DNA from: an uncultured beta proteobacterium
GTDB taxonomy: Bacteria; Pseudomonadota; Gammaproteobacteria; Burkholderiales; Casimicrobiaceae
Reading direction: 5' to 3'
Length of the DNA stretch: 64,000 nucleotides
Assembly (NCBI GenBank): GCA_963834045.1
Contig: CAWIAK010000015.1
Span: forward strand, 5,892 to 69,891
Part shown: one piece after another, positions 23,253-34,858 of the stretch
Layout: each line of letters opens with the position of its first letter
How positions within the stretch are numbered: the stretch's first letter is position 1
The notes under the pieces: model-generated
Told to the model about the DNA's origin: nothing
Seen by the model: only the letters and a program-made list of their open reading frames with translations
The model's database searches: none
Made by a program: the position numbers and the translations under genes

Positions 23253-25226
23253 TCAGGCGTTGGCGGCCAGCGGCAGCGTATCGGGATACATGACGATTGC
23301 GTCGACGCTGCTGACTTCCTGCATGAGTTCCTTGATCTGAAGCGCGATGGCGGCTTCCTGCTGCTCCAACTCGACGATGCGCTCCTCCAGCTCGCCGCTG
23401 GCGTGGTGAATGCGCTTGATGCTCTCGAGGCGCCGGCGCAGCTGCAGGTGGTGTTCGCGGACCTGCGTTTCCAGCGGCGACATGACCGCCTTGAGCCACG
23501 CCTCGACGTCGCGGTTGGCAACGTCGTAGACGTGCTTCACGCGTGACGCGACGGTTTCGAAGAAGCGCTTCATCAGCGCGAACTTGGCCTTGCTGACCAT
23601 GTTCCACAGCGTGTTGAAGTGCGTGTTGTACGCGCGTTCGAGCCGCTCGATTTCCTTCTGGTACTTGAGCACCGAGAACTGCGGCGGGTTGAACGGCTCG
23701 AGCCCGTGCTCCTTGCCGAAGCGCGTATACATCGCGCGCATCATGTCGTGGATCTCGCCGGCCTGGCGCGCCGCCGCGTCCAGGTCGCTGCGGATCCCGG
23801 CGAAGAATTCGCTCATCGCCCCGCGCACACCCTTGGTGAACGGGCTGTCCTCGATGCTGCGGCGGGTGCGGCTCGCGTTGGCGCGCAGCGCCTCCAGGCC
23901 GATGTGGTCGAACAACTCGTTCGTCTGCTGCGTGAACACATTGCGCAGCGCCGTATAGCGGGCGAGGCCGCGCTCGAACAGTTCCTTCTCCTCGCGCACG
24001 CGCTCCATCATGTGCCCGACGACGTCCTGGTTCTTGCCGCGCAGCGCGGTCAGTTCCGCGAGTTGCTCCTCGATGCCCGCGACGCGAGCGTCGAGAATCG
24101 AGCGCACGCCCGCGGCGAGCGCGCGCAGCTCCGCCTGCGACGCCGCGCCCACGATGTCGCGCTTGGCGGGGATGAGCTTCTGCGACAGCGAGTGCTCGAG
24201 CGCCGGGAGCCGGCTGCGCGCAAGCAATGCATCGTCGCCATTGACCTTGGCGAGCAGCGCCTTCTGCGCCGATGCCGCGAACACCTGCGAGCCGGGAACA
24301 CCGAGCATCTGCGCGGTGTTGCGCATCTGCCGGTTGATTTCCGCGTTGATCTCGGCCTCGGACTTCAAGTCGTCCCACAGGCCGTCGATCTTGTTCAGGA
24401 TGACGAGGCGGCCGGCCTTGGTTGCCGGGTCGTCGCCGGCCAGGTGCTGGTTCCACACCTCGAGGTCGGTCTTGGTCACGCCGGCGTCGGCGGCCAGGAT
24501 GAACAGCACCGCGTGCGCATTCGGCAGCAGGTTCAGCGTGAGCTCGGGTTCGGTGCCGATCGCGTTCAATCCCGGCGTGTCGAGGATCACCAGCCCCTGC
24601 TGCAGCAGCGGGTGCGGGAAATTGATCACGGCGTGGCGCCAGCACGGGATGTCGATCGTGCGCCCGTCGTCGTCCTCGAGCGCCGCGAGCATGTCCTCCT
24701 CGCCATCGCCGAAGAGCCCGTACTTGCGGGCGAGGTCCACCGGCACGCGCTTGACCTGCGACACGCGGCCCAGCACTTCGCCCATCTTCTCGGCATTGCC
24801 CAGGTCGAGCGGGAACGTCACCCACTCGTCGGCGTAATTCTTGAATTCGGAAACCGTGGCGTCCTTCAACCGCGTTTCGATCGGCAGCAGCCGGATCGAC
24901 GGCGGGCGCGCGGCGTCGTAGAGAAGCTCGGTCGGGCACATCGTCGTGCGGCCGGCGGACGACGGCAGCAGGCGCTGGCCGAAATCCGCGAAGAAGATCG
25001 CGTTGATGAGTTCGGACTTGCCGCGCGAGAACTCCGCGACGAACGCGACGATGAGCTTGTCCTGGTGCAGCCGCTCCAGCAGCTGCTGGACTCTGAGGTC
25101 GACCTGGGCGTCGGCCAGGTCGTGTTGCTGCAGCCAGTCGTGCAGGCCGGAGATGCGTCCGGACAGCCGGCGGCGCCACTCGCTATAGGCCTCGAAACGG
25201 GCAGCCAGATCTCGTGAATGGGCCAT
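23253..25226 (-). CDS. Bacterial dynamin-like GTPase
   Basis: G1 AEFSRGKS, G2 RTTMCPT, G3 DTPG, G4 NKID, long coiled-coil C-terminus. Confidence 0.88.
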   Translation of the reverse strand: MAHSRDLAARFEAYSEWRRRLSGRISGLHDWLQQHDLADAQVDLRVQQLLERLHQDKLIVAFVAEFSRGKSELINAIFFADFGQRLLPSSAGRTTMCPTELLYDAARPPSIRLLPIETRLKDATVSEFKNYADEWVTFPLDLGNAEKMGEVLGRVSQVKRVPVDLARKYGLFGDGEEDMLAALEDDDGRTIDIPCWRHAVINFPHPLLQQGLVILDTPGLNAIGTEPELTLNLLPNAHAVLFILAADAGVTKTDLEVWNQHLAGDDPATKAGRLVILNKIDGLWDDLKSEAEINAEINRQMRNTAQMLGVPGSQVFAASAQKALLAKVNGDDALLARSRLPALEHSLSQKLIPAKRDIVGAASQAELRALAAGVRSILDARVAGIEEQLAELTALRGKNQDVVGHMMERVREEKELFERGLARYTALRNVFTQQTNELFDHIGLEALRANASRTRRSIEDSPFTKGVRGAMSEFFAGIRSDLDAAARQAGEIHDMMRAMYTRFGKEHGLEPFNPPQFSVLKYQKEIERLERAYNTHFNTLWNMVSKAKFALMKRFFETVASRVKHVYDVANRDVEAWLKAVMSPLETQVREHHLQLRRRLESIKRIHHASGELEERIVELEQQEAAIALQIKELMQEVSSVDAIVMYPDTLPLAANA

Positions 25227-25444
25227 GGTCGGTAAGGGGCTGCTCTTGGGGTCGGATTTGTGGCGGGTGGGGTTGTCAAGCACAAGTCATGCCGAATTGG
25301 ACGCCTTGGCGCCGGACGGTAACGCCGCCGCGAGACCGACAGAGCGGACTATAGCCTCATCCGCCGCTCCAGGGCATCGATCCGGGATGAGTCCCGCCGA
25401 CGGACGACCGCCCAAACGCGTCGCCCCATGCCGTCCTGGGCAGG

Positions 25445-26260
25445 TCAGCGCTGGCAGGCGGGACAATAGAACGAGGCGCGGGCGCCCAGCCTCCGGTGCC
25501 GGATCGGCGTCCGGCATTTCCGGCAGGGCTCGCCTTCCCTGGCGTAGACAAAGTAGTCGAGCTGGAAGTAGCCCGGTTCGCCCTCCGCGTCGACATAGTC
25601 CCGCAGCGTGCTTCCGCCCTTCGCGATCGCCTCGGTCAGCACGTCGCGGACCTCGGTGACCAGCCGCGCGAGGCGTGGCCGCGACACCTTGCTGGCCCGG
25701 GTCGTCGGCCGGATGCCGGCCCGGAACAGCGATTCGTTCGCATAGATATTGCCCACGCCGACGACGAGGTGGCTGTCCATGAGCGCGAGCTTGATCGCCG
25801 CGCTGCGCGATCGCGTCATCCGCCAGAAGTAGTCGGCGTCGAATGCCTGATCGAACGGTTCGGGCCCGAGATCGCGAAGCAGCGGGTGGGACAGGGCGGG
25901 GTCCGGCGCCCAGAGCATCGCGCCGAAGCGCCTGGGGTCGTGATAGCGGAGGAGCGAGCCGTCGTCGAACACGATGTCGACGTGGTCATGGGCGCGCCGC
26001 GCAGGCGGTTTCGCGTAGGCCCGCAGGCTGCCCGTCATCCCGAGGTGCACCAGCAGCGACCCGTCGCCGACGCGGAACAGCAGGTACTTGCTCCGTCGCG
26101 ACAGGGCGTCCACGGTGCGCCCTTCCAATCTTTTCGGCAGGTCGCGAGGAACCGGCCACCGCAGGCGGCGGTCGTACACGATCAGCTTGGCGATTCGGCG
26201 TCCCAGGACACTCGGCGCCACGCTGCGGCGGGTGGTCTCGACTTCGGGCAGTTCGGGCAT
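25445..26260 (-). CDS. mutM: Formamidopyrimidine-DNA glycosylase
   Basis: MPELPEVET, HLGMTG, DPRRFG, GVGNIYANE, C-terminal zinc finger CRKC...CPACQ. Confidence 0.97.
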   Translation of the reverse strand: MPELPEVETTRRSVAPSVLGRRIAKLIVYDRRLRWPVPRDLPKRLEGRTVDALSRRSKYLLFRVGDGSLLVHLGMTGSLRAYAKPPARRAHDHVDIVFDDGSLLRYHDPRRFGAMLWAPDPALSHPLLRDLGPEPFDQAFDADYFWRMTRSRSAAIKLALMDSHLVVGVGNIYANESLFRAGIRPTTRASKVSRPRLARLVTEVRDVLTEAIAKGGSTLRDYVDAEGEPGYFQLDYFVYAREGEPCRKCRTPIRHRRLGARASFYCPACQR

Positions 26261-26364
26261 CGCGGCGGCGGGGTGGCGGGGGTGTGCTTCCGGCATTTGT
26301 TGCGCCGCCCAATATAGCCTAACATCGACCGCCTGCCGGTCTACCTGCAACCACTCGAGTCCGT

Positions 26365-28177
26365 ATGGCGCGCATCCCGTTCCCGCTTCGCCGTTCCATC
26401 CTTCCGCTGCGCGCGCCGCTGTGCGTCGCGGTCGTCGCCGCGTGTTCGCTGATGGCGCCTTGGCACGCCGGTCGCGCAACAGCTGCCGCCGGAGGGCGCC
26501 GGCCGCATCGCGGCGGACAAGGCCCAGCCTCCCGGCTCGAATGCGGGACTCTCGGCGGAACTGTTCTACAAATTCATGCTGGCGGAAGTCGCGCTGCAGC
26601 GAGGCGACATGCCGGTTGCGGCCCGCGCCTACTATGAGGCCGCGCGCGAAATGCGCGACGCGCGGGTGGCGCGGCGCGCCACGGAAATCGCGCTCGCGTC
26701 GCGCCAGCGCGCACTCGCCATAGAATCCGCCACCCTTTGGGCCGCGCTCGACCCCGAAGCCATGCGCCCGAAGCAGATCGTGGCGTCGCTGAGCAGCGGA
26801 GCATCCGGCAAGGATCTGGCGGAAAGCGGCGTCGACGACGAAATCCGCGACCGGCTCCAGAAGCTGCTGAGCGATGCCGCGGTGTCCGGCCAGGGCGTCG
26901 GCGAGGTCTTCCTGCAAATCAATCGGTACCTCGCGCAGCAGCCGGAGCGCAAGCAGGTCTACGAACTGATCCGTTCGCTCGCCAAGCCATACCCGGCCAA
27001 CCCGGAGGCGCATTTCGCCGTCGCGTACGCGGCGTTCGGCGCGGAAATTCCCGCCAGCGAAGGTGTCGACCCGGCGTTGGCGGAGGTCAACCGGGCGCTT
27101 GAACTGAAGCCCGCCTGGGAGCGGGCGGCGCTGCTCAAGGCCGATATCCTCGCGCGCGCTTCGCCGGAATCGGCCGTCGCGTTCCTCAAGCAGTTCGTCG
27201 CCGCCAATCCGGACGCCAAGTCCGCCGCCGGCGCGCTGGCGCAGGTCTATGTCGAGCAGAAGCGCTATGCGGAAGCACGCGCCATATTCCAGAAGCTTTG
27301 GGACAACGAGCGCAGCGCCAGGGAATACGAGTTCGGCGTCGCCGCCATCTCGATGCAAATGAAGGATTGGGCGACGGCCGAGGCGCTTTTCACCGACCTG
27401 CACAAGGCCGGCTACGGCGAGAACGGCGTCGTGGAACTCTACCTGGGGCAGGTCGCCGAGGAGTCCGGCCGCTATCAGGAGGCGATCGACCGCTACCAAG
27501 CCGTGCCCGAAGGCGAGCGCGCGTGGATCGCCAAACTGCGCATCGCGGCGATGATGGGGAAGCTGAAGCGCGTTCCCGAAGCGCGCCGTTACCTGGCGGA
27601 CCTGCCGGCGGTGACGATCGACCAGCGCGTGCAGGTGCGCCAGACCGAAGCCGCGCTGCTGCGCGATGCCAACGACAACAAGGCAGCCTACGCCGTGCTG
27701 AAGCAGGCGCTCGTCGAGCATCCGGACACGCCGGACCTGCTCTATGACGCGGCGATGGTCGCGGAAAAGCTGGACATGATCGACGAGGCCGAGACCAGCC
27801 TGCGCCGCGTCGTCGAATTGAAGCCGGAGGATGCGCAGGCGCTGAATGCGCTTGGGTACACGCTCGTCGACCGCACGCCGCGCACGAGCGAAGGCTTCGC
27901 CCTCATCGAGAAGGCCTACAAGCTCGCGCCCGAGGATCCATTCATCCTCGACAGCATGGGCTGGGCGTTCTATCGCCTCGGCAAGCTCGAGGACGCCGAA
28001 GTCTACCTTCGCCGCGCGATGACGCAGCGCCCGGACGCGGAGATCGCCGCGCACTTGGGCGAGGTGCTGTGGAAGAAGGGCGACCCCGAAAAGGCGCATG
28101 AAGTCTGGCAGTCGCAGCTCCAGTCCTCGCCGCAGAACGAAGTGCTGCTCGAAACGGTGCGCCGCTATTCGAAGTGA
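26365..28177 (+). CDS. Exported TPR-repeat protein (frameshift near 26480-26550)
   Basis: LAEVALQRG, ALNALGYTL, ILDSMGW, EIAAHLGEVLW; the conserved mutM-TPR-lolB-ispE locus. Confidence 0.88.
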
Positions 28178-28812
28178 GTGCGGCGCGTTCGCGCGTCGCC
28201 GGACGTTTCGCCGTGATCAACGCGTCGAAGTTCAATTGCGTCGCGCTCGCCTGCGCGGCGTTCGTCGTGTCCGCGTGCACGACCGTGCCGCCGCGTCCCG
28301 CGCAGCCGGCCGTATCGACGGCTGATGAGCCCTTCGCGGTCGACGGCAGGTTGTCGGCCCGGCGCGGCCAGGAAGGCGCCACGGCCAATTTCGCATGGAA
28401 ACACGACGATGCCCGCGACCGCATCGACTTCTCGTCGCCGTTCGGGCAGGTCTATGCGCGAATCGACGGCGGCAAGGATCGCGTCGTCGTCGAGCGTCCC
28501 GGCGGCGCGACCGAAACCTACGCGGACTGGAATTCGATGACGCTCGCGCTGCTGGGCGCGCCGGTCCCCGTGGACCAGCTCGCGTTCTGGATTCGCGGCG
28601 CGGCGCGCGACGGCGCCTCCGCCTCGGTGGAACGCGATGCGCAGGGCCGCGTGCTCGTGCTGCGGCAGCAGGCGTGGGAGATCGTCTACGCCTATCCTGA
28701 CGACGCATCGTCCGCGCGGCCGTCGCGCGTGACGCTGCGCCGGCAGGATGCCGAACCCGTCGAGGTCCGCGTCGTCGTCGATCGCTGGAGCGCCGCGCAG
28801 GCGGCGCCGTGA
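28174..28812 (+). CDS. lolB: Outer-membrane lipoprotein receptor LolB
   Basis: Lipobox [32 protein letters not shown]; position upstream of ispE. Confidence 0.85.
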   Translation: MSAARSRVAGRFAVINASKFNCVALACAAFVVSACTTVPPRPAQPAVSTADEPFAVDGRLSARRGQEGATANFAWKHDDARDRIDFSSPFGQVYARIDGGKDRVVVERPGGATETYADWNSMTLALLGAPVPVDQLAFWIRGAARDGASASVERDAQGRVLVLRQQAWEIVYAYPDDASSARPSRVTLRRQDAEPVEVRVVVDRWSAAQAAP

Positions 28813-29670
28813 ATGCGCGCAATCGGACGGACATGAAGCGTCTCGTCGTTCCCGCGCCGGCCAAGGTCAATCTGTTCCTGCACGTCACCGGACGGCGCGC
28901 GGACGGTTATCACACGCTGGAGTCGCTGATCGCGCTGGTCGATCTCGCCGACACGATCACGCTTGACCGGCGCGACGATGGCGTGATCCGGCGCGAAGGC
29001 GACGTCGCGGGCGTGCCGGAGGACGTGGACCTCGCGGTGCGCGCCGCGCGGGCGCTGCAGGCGGCCACCGGATCGCGCTATGGCGTGGAGATCGCGCTCG
29101 CCAAGCGCATACCGCTGGGAAGCGGCTTGGGCGGCGGCAGTTCCGATGCGGCGAGCGTGCTCCTCGCGCTGAATCGCCTCTGGGAAGCTCTGCCTGCCGC
29201 GCGCCGAATTGTTGCGCCTGGCGTTGAGCCTGGGCGCCGACGTTCCGCTGTTCGTCGCCGGCGAGAACACCGTCGCGCGCGGCATTGGCGAGGTGCTGAC
29301 ACCGGTATCGCTGCCGCAATGCTTCGTGGCGCTTGCATTCCCTGCCGCCGCGGTGCCGACCGCCGACATCTTCCAGGCACCGGAATTGACACGCTCGACC
29401 GCGTCGGCGAAAATAGACGTCTTTTCCGAGGGTTATGGCCGGAATGATCTCGCGCCCGTGACGGCTGCCCGATTCCCCGCCGTGGCCTCGGCCATCAAAG
29501 CGCTGTCGCGCGCGTCGCCGCAGGCGCGGATGACAGGTTCCGGGGCGTGCGTCTTCGCGGCATTTCCTGCCGAGCACGAAGCGCAGCGCGCGCTGGCGCT
29601 GCTGCCGAAGGACATGCGCGGATGTGTCGCCCGGACGCTCGCACGACACCCGCTGGCGGCGTTTGCATGA
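28809..29670 (+). CDS. ispE: 4-diphosphocytidyl-2-C-methyl-D-erythritol kinase (frameshift near 29190)
   Basis: [44 protein letters not shown]. Confidence 0.96.
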
Positions 29671-29701
29671 TCGCCGGCCACGATAGAATTCCAGTTTCCG
29701 C

Positions 29702-29776
29702 TGGGGAGTCGCCAAGTGGTAAGGCACCGGATTTTGATTCCGGCATTCGTAGGTTCGATCCCTACCTCCCCAGCCA
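29702..29776 (+). tRNA. tRNA-Gln (TTG)
   Basis: TGGGGAG/CTCCCCA-GCCA acceptor end, anticodon arm CCGGA-TTTTGAT-TCCGG, GTTCGA T-loop; usual ispE-tRNA-Gln-prs position. Confidence 0.97.
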
Positions 29777-30007
29777 TCCCCATCACAAATTGGGCTGCGC
29801 GGCCCGACAGCATTGTCGTGCTCATTGGCAAATGAGGCTCGCCCCTCGCTGCAACGTCTAGGCGCTATCTCAGGGCTCGCTGCGGGCCTGCATTTGCCAA
29901 CAGCGGCTCTCGGGCCGCTCGCCCGCATTTTGAGACGGGGATCTGCGTCCCGCGCGTTTCGTTTTTTGTTGCTCGGCCACGACGCAATTTAGGGGACAAT
30001 CGCTGCC

Positions 30008-30959
30008 ATGGCCTTTGAACGCATGCGCATCTTCACCGGCAACGCGAACCCCAAGCTCGCGGCGGCCGTGTGCAAGCACCTGAACGTCAGTCTCGGGCGC
30101 TGCCAGGTCGGCCGCTTTTCCGACGGCGAAGTGATGGTCGAGCTGATGGAGAACGTGCGCGGCCGCGACGTGTTCATCCTGCAGTCCACGTGCGCGCCGA
30201 CCAACGACAACCTGATGGAGATCATGGTGATGGTCGATGCGCTGAAACGCGCATCGGCAGCGCGGATCACCGCGGCCATCCCGTATTTCGGCTATGCGCG
30301 GCAGGACCGCCGGCCCGCGCTCGGCGCGAGTCGCGATCACCGCCAAGGTCGTCGCCGACATGCTCTCCACGGTCGGCGTCAACCGCGTGATGGTGATGGA
30401 CCTGCACGCCGACCAGATCCAGGGCTTCTTCAACATCCCCGTCGACAACATCTACGCCACGCCGATCCTGCTGGGCGACCTGTGGAAGCGCAACTACGAG
30501 GACCTGATCGTCGTGTCGCCGGACGTGGGCGGCGTCGTGCGCGCGCGCGCCATCGCCAAGCGCCTCGACTCCGACCTGGCGATCATCGACAAGCGGCGCC
30601 CGAAGGCCAATGTGTCCGAGGTGATGAACATCATCGGCGACGTCGACGGGCGCATCTGCGTCATCATGGACGACCTGGCCGACACCGCGAACACGCTGTG
30701 CAAGGCGGCGTCCGCGCTGAAGGAACGCGGCGCCAAGAAGGTGGTGGCGTACTGCACGCACCCCGTGCTGTCCGGGGGCGCGGTCGAGCGCATCGCGACG
30801 TCGGACCTGGACGAGGTGGTGGTCACCGACACCATCCCGCTGACGGCGGAGGCGGAAGCCTGTCCGCGCATCCGCCAGCTGTCCTGCGCCCAGTTGCTGG
30901 CGGAGACGATGACGCGCATTTCGAACGAGGAGTCGGTGAGCTCGCTGTTCACGGACTGA
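30008..30959 (+). CDS. prs: Ribose-phosphate pyrophosphokinase (frameshift near 30315)
   Basis: [46 protein letters not shown]. Confidence 0.97.
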
Positions 30960-31012
30960 GGCGCGAGCAGCCGGAGCGGCCCCGATGCGGGGTCCGAGCA
31001 ATCGAGTCCGGG

Positions 31013-31042
31013 TTGGCAATCGGCTCCGAATCGGGTTATAAT
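31013..31042 (+). promoter_or_regulatory. Sigma70-type promoter upstream of rplY
   Basis: TTGGCA-N18-TATAAT, with a perfect -10 in very GC-rich DNA. Confidence 0.55.
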
Positions 31043-31195
31043 TCAAGGCTTTCCCGCTGCCGGGCTGGCAGTTCCACATGCCCGGGGCGAGTTGTCGCCA
31101 ACCACTCGAACACGAGGCGGACGACCGGACGCAGCGCCCTTTGCTTAACGGCGAAGGCCGCGCCGACGGAAGGCCGCAGACAACCGGAGCAGTCC

Positions 31196-31941
31196 ATGAG
31201 CAACATCGAATTCACCGCGTTCCCGCGCAACACCGAAGGCCGGGGCGCGTCGCGCCGCATGCGCCGCGCAGGCAAGGCCCCTGGCATCGTCTACGGCGGC
31301 ACGGTGGCGCCCACGCCGATCGAACTCGACCACAACGCGCTGTTCCATGCGCTGCGCGGCGAGGCGTTCCACTCGTCGATCCTGACCATGAAGCTCGACG
31401 GCGGGGCGACCAAGGTGCTGCTGCGCGACGTGCAGATGCACCCGTTCCGCAACGAAATCCTGCACGTGGATTTCCAGCGCGTCGACGAGAACAAGAAGAT
31501 CCACATGAAGGTGCCGCTGCACTTCGTCAACGGCGAGCAGTCGCCGGCCGTGAAGCTGTCGGCCGCGATCATCAGCCACGTGACGACGGACCTGGACATC
31601 ACGTGCCTGCCCAAGGACCTGCCGGGCTTCATCGAGATCGACCTGTCGGAGCTGGAAGTCGGACACGCGCTGCACGTCTCGTCGGTGAAGCTGCCGCCGG
31701 GCGTGACGGTCGTGACCCGCGGCAAGACCGATCCGGTCGTCGCGGCGGCCATCGTCCCGCGTGCGCAGGTCGAGACGGAAGAGGAAATTGCCGCAACCGC
31801 CGAAGCCGCGGCTGCCGCAGCGGCAGCGCCGGAGCGCGGCCAAGGCGCGGCCGACAGGCGGCGGACGACAAGGGCGGCGACAAGGGCGGCGACAAGAAGG
31901 ACGACAAGAAAGACGCCAAGAAGGACGACAAGAAGAAATAG
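31196..31941 (+). CDS. rplY: 50S ribosomal protein L25/Ctc (frameshifted tail)
   Basis: [42 protein letters not shown]; D/K-rich tail. Confidence 0.95.
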
Positions 31942-31969
31942 TCGCCGGCTGCGGCCGCATTCGAGAGGC

Positions 31970-32002
31970 AGGCCCGCGAAACCTACGCGGGCCTTCTTTT
32001 TT
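31970..32002 (+). terminator. Intrinsic terminator after rplY
   Basis: AGGCCCGCG-loop-CGCGGGCCT followed by TCTTTTTT. Confidence 0.8.
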
Positions 32003-32040
32003 GCGCTGCTCGATTCGACCGGACCGTCGCGAAGCCGATC

Positions 32041-32658
32041 ATGAACACGCCCATCCGCCTCGTCGCCGGCCTCGGCAACCCGGGTCGCGAATATGCGGGC
32101 ACCCGCCACAACGCGGGGTTCTGGTTCGTCGACGAGCTGGCGGGCAGGCTCAACGCGACCTTTGCTGCCGAGGCAAAGTTCGGCGGCGACGTCGCGAAGG
32201 CGGGCGCGTTGCGGCTGGTGAAGCCGATGACGTTCATGAACCTTTCCGGACGCGCGGTCGCGGCGGCGGCGCGGTTCTTCGGAATCCTGCCGGCCGAGAT
32301 CCTGGTCGTCCACGACGAGCTCGACCTGATGCCCGGCAAGGCGAAGATGAAGTTCGGCGGCGGGCATGCCGGCCACAACGGATTGCGCGACATCCAGGCG
32401 CAACTGGGCTCGGCGGATTTCTGGCGCCTGCGCATCGGCATCGGCCATCCGCGCGATTCGGAACTCTCGCAGCAGGAAGTCGTCGACTACGTGCTGAAGC
32501 CGCCGCGCGCCGAGGAGCGCACGGCGATCGACGAGGCGATGCTCCGCGCGCTGAAGGCGTGGCCGGCGATCGCGCAAGGCGACATGGAAGACGCGATGAT
32601 GACGCTGCACACGATGAACAAGGATTCGAAAACTTCCAGTGGACCCGGTCCGGCGTAG
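32041..32658 (+). CDS. pth: Peptidyl-tRNA hydrolase
   Basis: [43 protein letters not shown]. Confidence 0.97.
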   Translation: MNTPIRLVAGLGNPGREYAGTRHNAGFWFVDELAGRLNATFAAEAKFGGDVAKAGALRLVKPMTFMNLSGRAVAAAARFFGILPAEILVVHDELDLMPGKAKMKFGGGHAGHNGLRDIQAQLGSADFWRLRIGIGHPRDSELSQQEVVDYVLKPPRAEERTAIDEAMLRALKAWPAIAQGDMEDAMMTLHTMNKDSKTSSGPGPA

Positions 32659-32682
32659 CCGGCCCGATTTTGGGGTGATGGC

Positions 32683-33776
32683 ATGAGCTTGAAGTGCGGC
32701 ATCGTGGGATTGCCGAACGTCGGCAAGTCGACGCTTTTCAACGCGCTGACCAAGGCCGGCATCGCCGCCGAGAACTATCCGTTCTGCACGATCGAGCCCA
32801 ACGTCGGCATCGTCGAGGTGCCCGACCCGCGGCTCGCGGCGCTGGCCGCCATCGCCAAGCCGGAGCGCGTGATGCCGGCGGTCGTGGAGTTCGTCGACAT
32901 CGCCGGCCTCGTGGCCGGCGCGTCGAAGGGCGAGGGCCTCGGCAACAAGTTCCTCGCCAACATCCGCGAGACCGACGCGATCGCGCACGTCGTCCGCTGC
33001 TTCGTCGACGACAACGTCGTCCACGTGACCGGCAGGCGTCAATCCGGTCTCCGACATCGAGACGATCAACACCGAGCTGGCGCTGGCCGACCTTGCGGCC
33101 GTCGAGAAGCAGGTCGCCAAGGCCGAAAAGCCCGCGCGGGCGGGCGACAAGGAAGCGCAGCGCATCCTGGCCGTCTTGCGCAAGGTCGAGGCGGTGCTCG
33201 ATACGGGCCGGCCGGCGCGGACCGCCGACCTCTATCCGGAGGAGAAGGACGTGCTGCGCTCCGTTCTTCCTGCTGACGATGAAGCCGACGATGTACGTGG
33301 CGAACGTCGCCGAGCACGGCTTCCACGACAACCCGCTGCTCGCCGCCGTCGAAGCGCACGCGGCGAAGGAAGGCGCGCCCGTGGTGTCGGTGTGCGCGGC
33401 GATGGAGGCCGAGATCGCCGACCTGTCCGGCGAGGACAAGCGCGTGTTCCTCGAGGACATGGGCGTGACCGAGCCGGGACTCGACCGCGTGATCCACGCC
33501 GGCTACAAGCTGCTCGGGCTCGAGACGTACTTCACCGTCGGGCCGAAGGAAGTGCGCGCGTGGACGATCCACCACGGCGACACCGCGCCCAGGCGGCCGG
33601 CGTGATCCACACCGATTTCGAGAAGGGCTTCATCCGCGCCGAGGTGACCGCCTACGACGACTTCATCGGCGTGCAAGGGCGAGCACGGCGCCAAGGAGGC
33701 GGGCAAGATGCGCCTCGAAGGCAAGGAGTACGTCGTCAAGGACGGCGACGTCATGCACTTCCGCTTCAACGTCTGA
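32683..33776 (+). CDS. ychF: Redox-regulated ATPase YchF (frameshifted)
   Basis: [47 protein letters not shown] domain ending HFRFNV. Confidence 0.97.
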
Positions 33777-33805
33777 CGAACCCTTCGACGCGCCAGCGCC
33801 GAAAA

Positions 33806-33831
33806 ACAAAGCGCCCCGCGGGGCGCTTTGT
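33806..33831. terminator. Bidirectional terminator between ychF and the PEP-CTERM gene
   Basis: ACAAAGCGCCC-CGCG-GGGCGCTTTGT hairpin with an A run on its left side. Confidence 0.75.
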
Positions 33832-33847
33832 CTCGACAGAGAGCGGG

Positions 33848-34530
33848 CTATCGAGTGCGGCGGCGACGCGCAGCGCGAAGCCAGGCTCGCGATACCCAGC
33901 AGTGCCAGCGACGTCGGCTCGGGCGCGGTCAGGCGCGCATCGTTGTCGGTGTCCTGCGAAAAGAGGAAGCTCGCACGCGGTCCGGTGCCGTCAAGGTAAA
34001 CGATCTGCATCGAATGATAGAGGTCGCCGACCGGAGCATCGGGGATGATCGCGACGGGATCGTTATAGGTGACATAGATCACACCATCGGCGGTGGCGAA
34101 ATCGCGGCCCTGCGCTGATCCGTCAGTTCCCGGATTCGGGTTCGTCCGGTCGAACAGCGTGAACGGTCCGCCGTTGAGCTCGAGACTGCACCAGTTGTCC
34201 GAGGCTGGTTGTTGGCATCGAACACGAAGCTCCACGCGTTGGCGTTGAACGTGTCGCCCGTGACCGAAAGCGACCAGCCGGTGCCGGTGACGCCGCCCGA
34301 CGTGGCCCCGGTATCCGCCCAGGCAAGCGTGTGCACGCAACCGGCAACCGAGAAGCACGCGGAGACCAGCATGCCATCCATCATGCTGCCAAGGGTTGCG
34401 AATCCCGTGAGGCCCGGAATGTCGTCCTGGTTTCCTCCCGTGAAGTAGTTGATCGTCGCACCGCTGGCAGGCGCGCTGAGCGCGGCGGCAATGCGATGGT
34501 CGCAAGCAGTCGTTTGATCATGATTACCAT
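33848..34530 (-). CDS. PEP-CTERM sorting-domain protein (frameshifted)
   Basis: Signal peptide, T/G/D/N-rich body, C-terminal APEPTSLALLGIA, hydrophobic stretch and RRRR. Confidence 0.85.
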
Positions 34531-34559
34531 TCCTTCGCGATGATGACGGCAAGTACATA

Positions 34560-34575
34560 AGCAACGGGCGCACCA
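34560..34575 (-). promoter_or_regulatory. Sigma54 promoter (-24/-12) for PEP-CTERM gene 1
   Basis: Minus strand TGGTGC-GCCCG-TTGCT. Confidence 0.75.
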
Positions 34576-34638
34576 ATGGCCAAAACGTCAGTATTTTCAT
34601 GAGGTTGGAATGTGGCTTCCGCCAATGGGCGGCCGCTT

Positions 34639-34655
34639 TGTAAAGACTGCCGACA
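34639..34655. promoter_or_regulatory. Putative enhancer (PrsR-type) site
   Basis: TGTAAAGACTGCCGACA (TGT-N11-ACA); a related site lies at 45071. Confidence 0.7.
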
Positions 34656-34858
34656 TGAGGCTCAGTGACTTCGCGCGATGCCGAGCGGGCACGTCGAGCC
34701 ACCAAGATAGAATCGATGCGCGCCCTGGACCGTCGGGATCAATCAGACGCTGGGCCGTGAAAATGCGGGTATCAATGAGGGCTGGATTCTGGATTACTTG
34801 TCTTGTGAGACAGGCTGTATGCGGCCGCCAAGTCAAGACGACGCTTCGATTCCTGGCC

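Noticed and set aside
25445-28099. 884-aa MutM with a long N-terminal extension, and other long antisense ORFs (44941-47724, 56332-58683)
   Set aside because: Shadow ORFs of GC-rich genes; MutM needs its N-terminal Pro, which fixes the start at 26260.
29777-30007. Integration at tRNA-Gln
   Set aside because: prs follows directly, and I saw no duplicated tRNA 3' end.
31860-31941. Short GACAAG-type tandem repeats
   Set aside because: They encode the low-complexity D/K tail of L25/Ctc, which is common.
34799-34812. TGTCT-N4-AGACA palindrome upstream of the LEA gene
   Set aside because: Short, single occurrence, and no supporting context.
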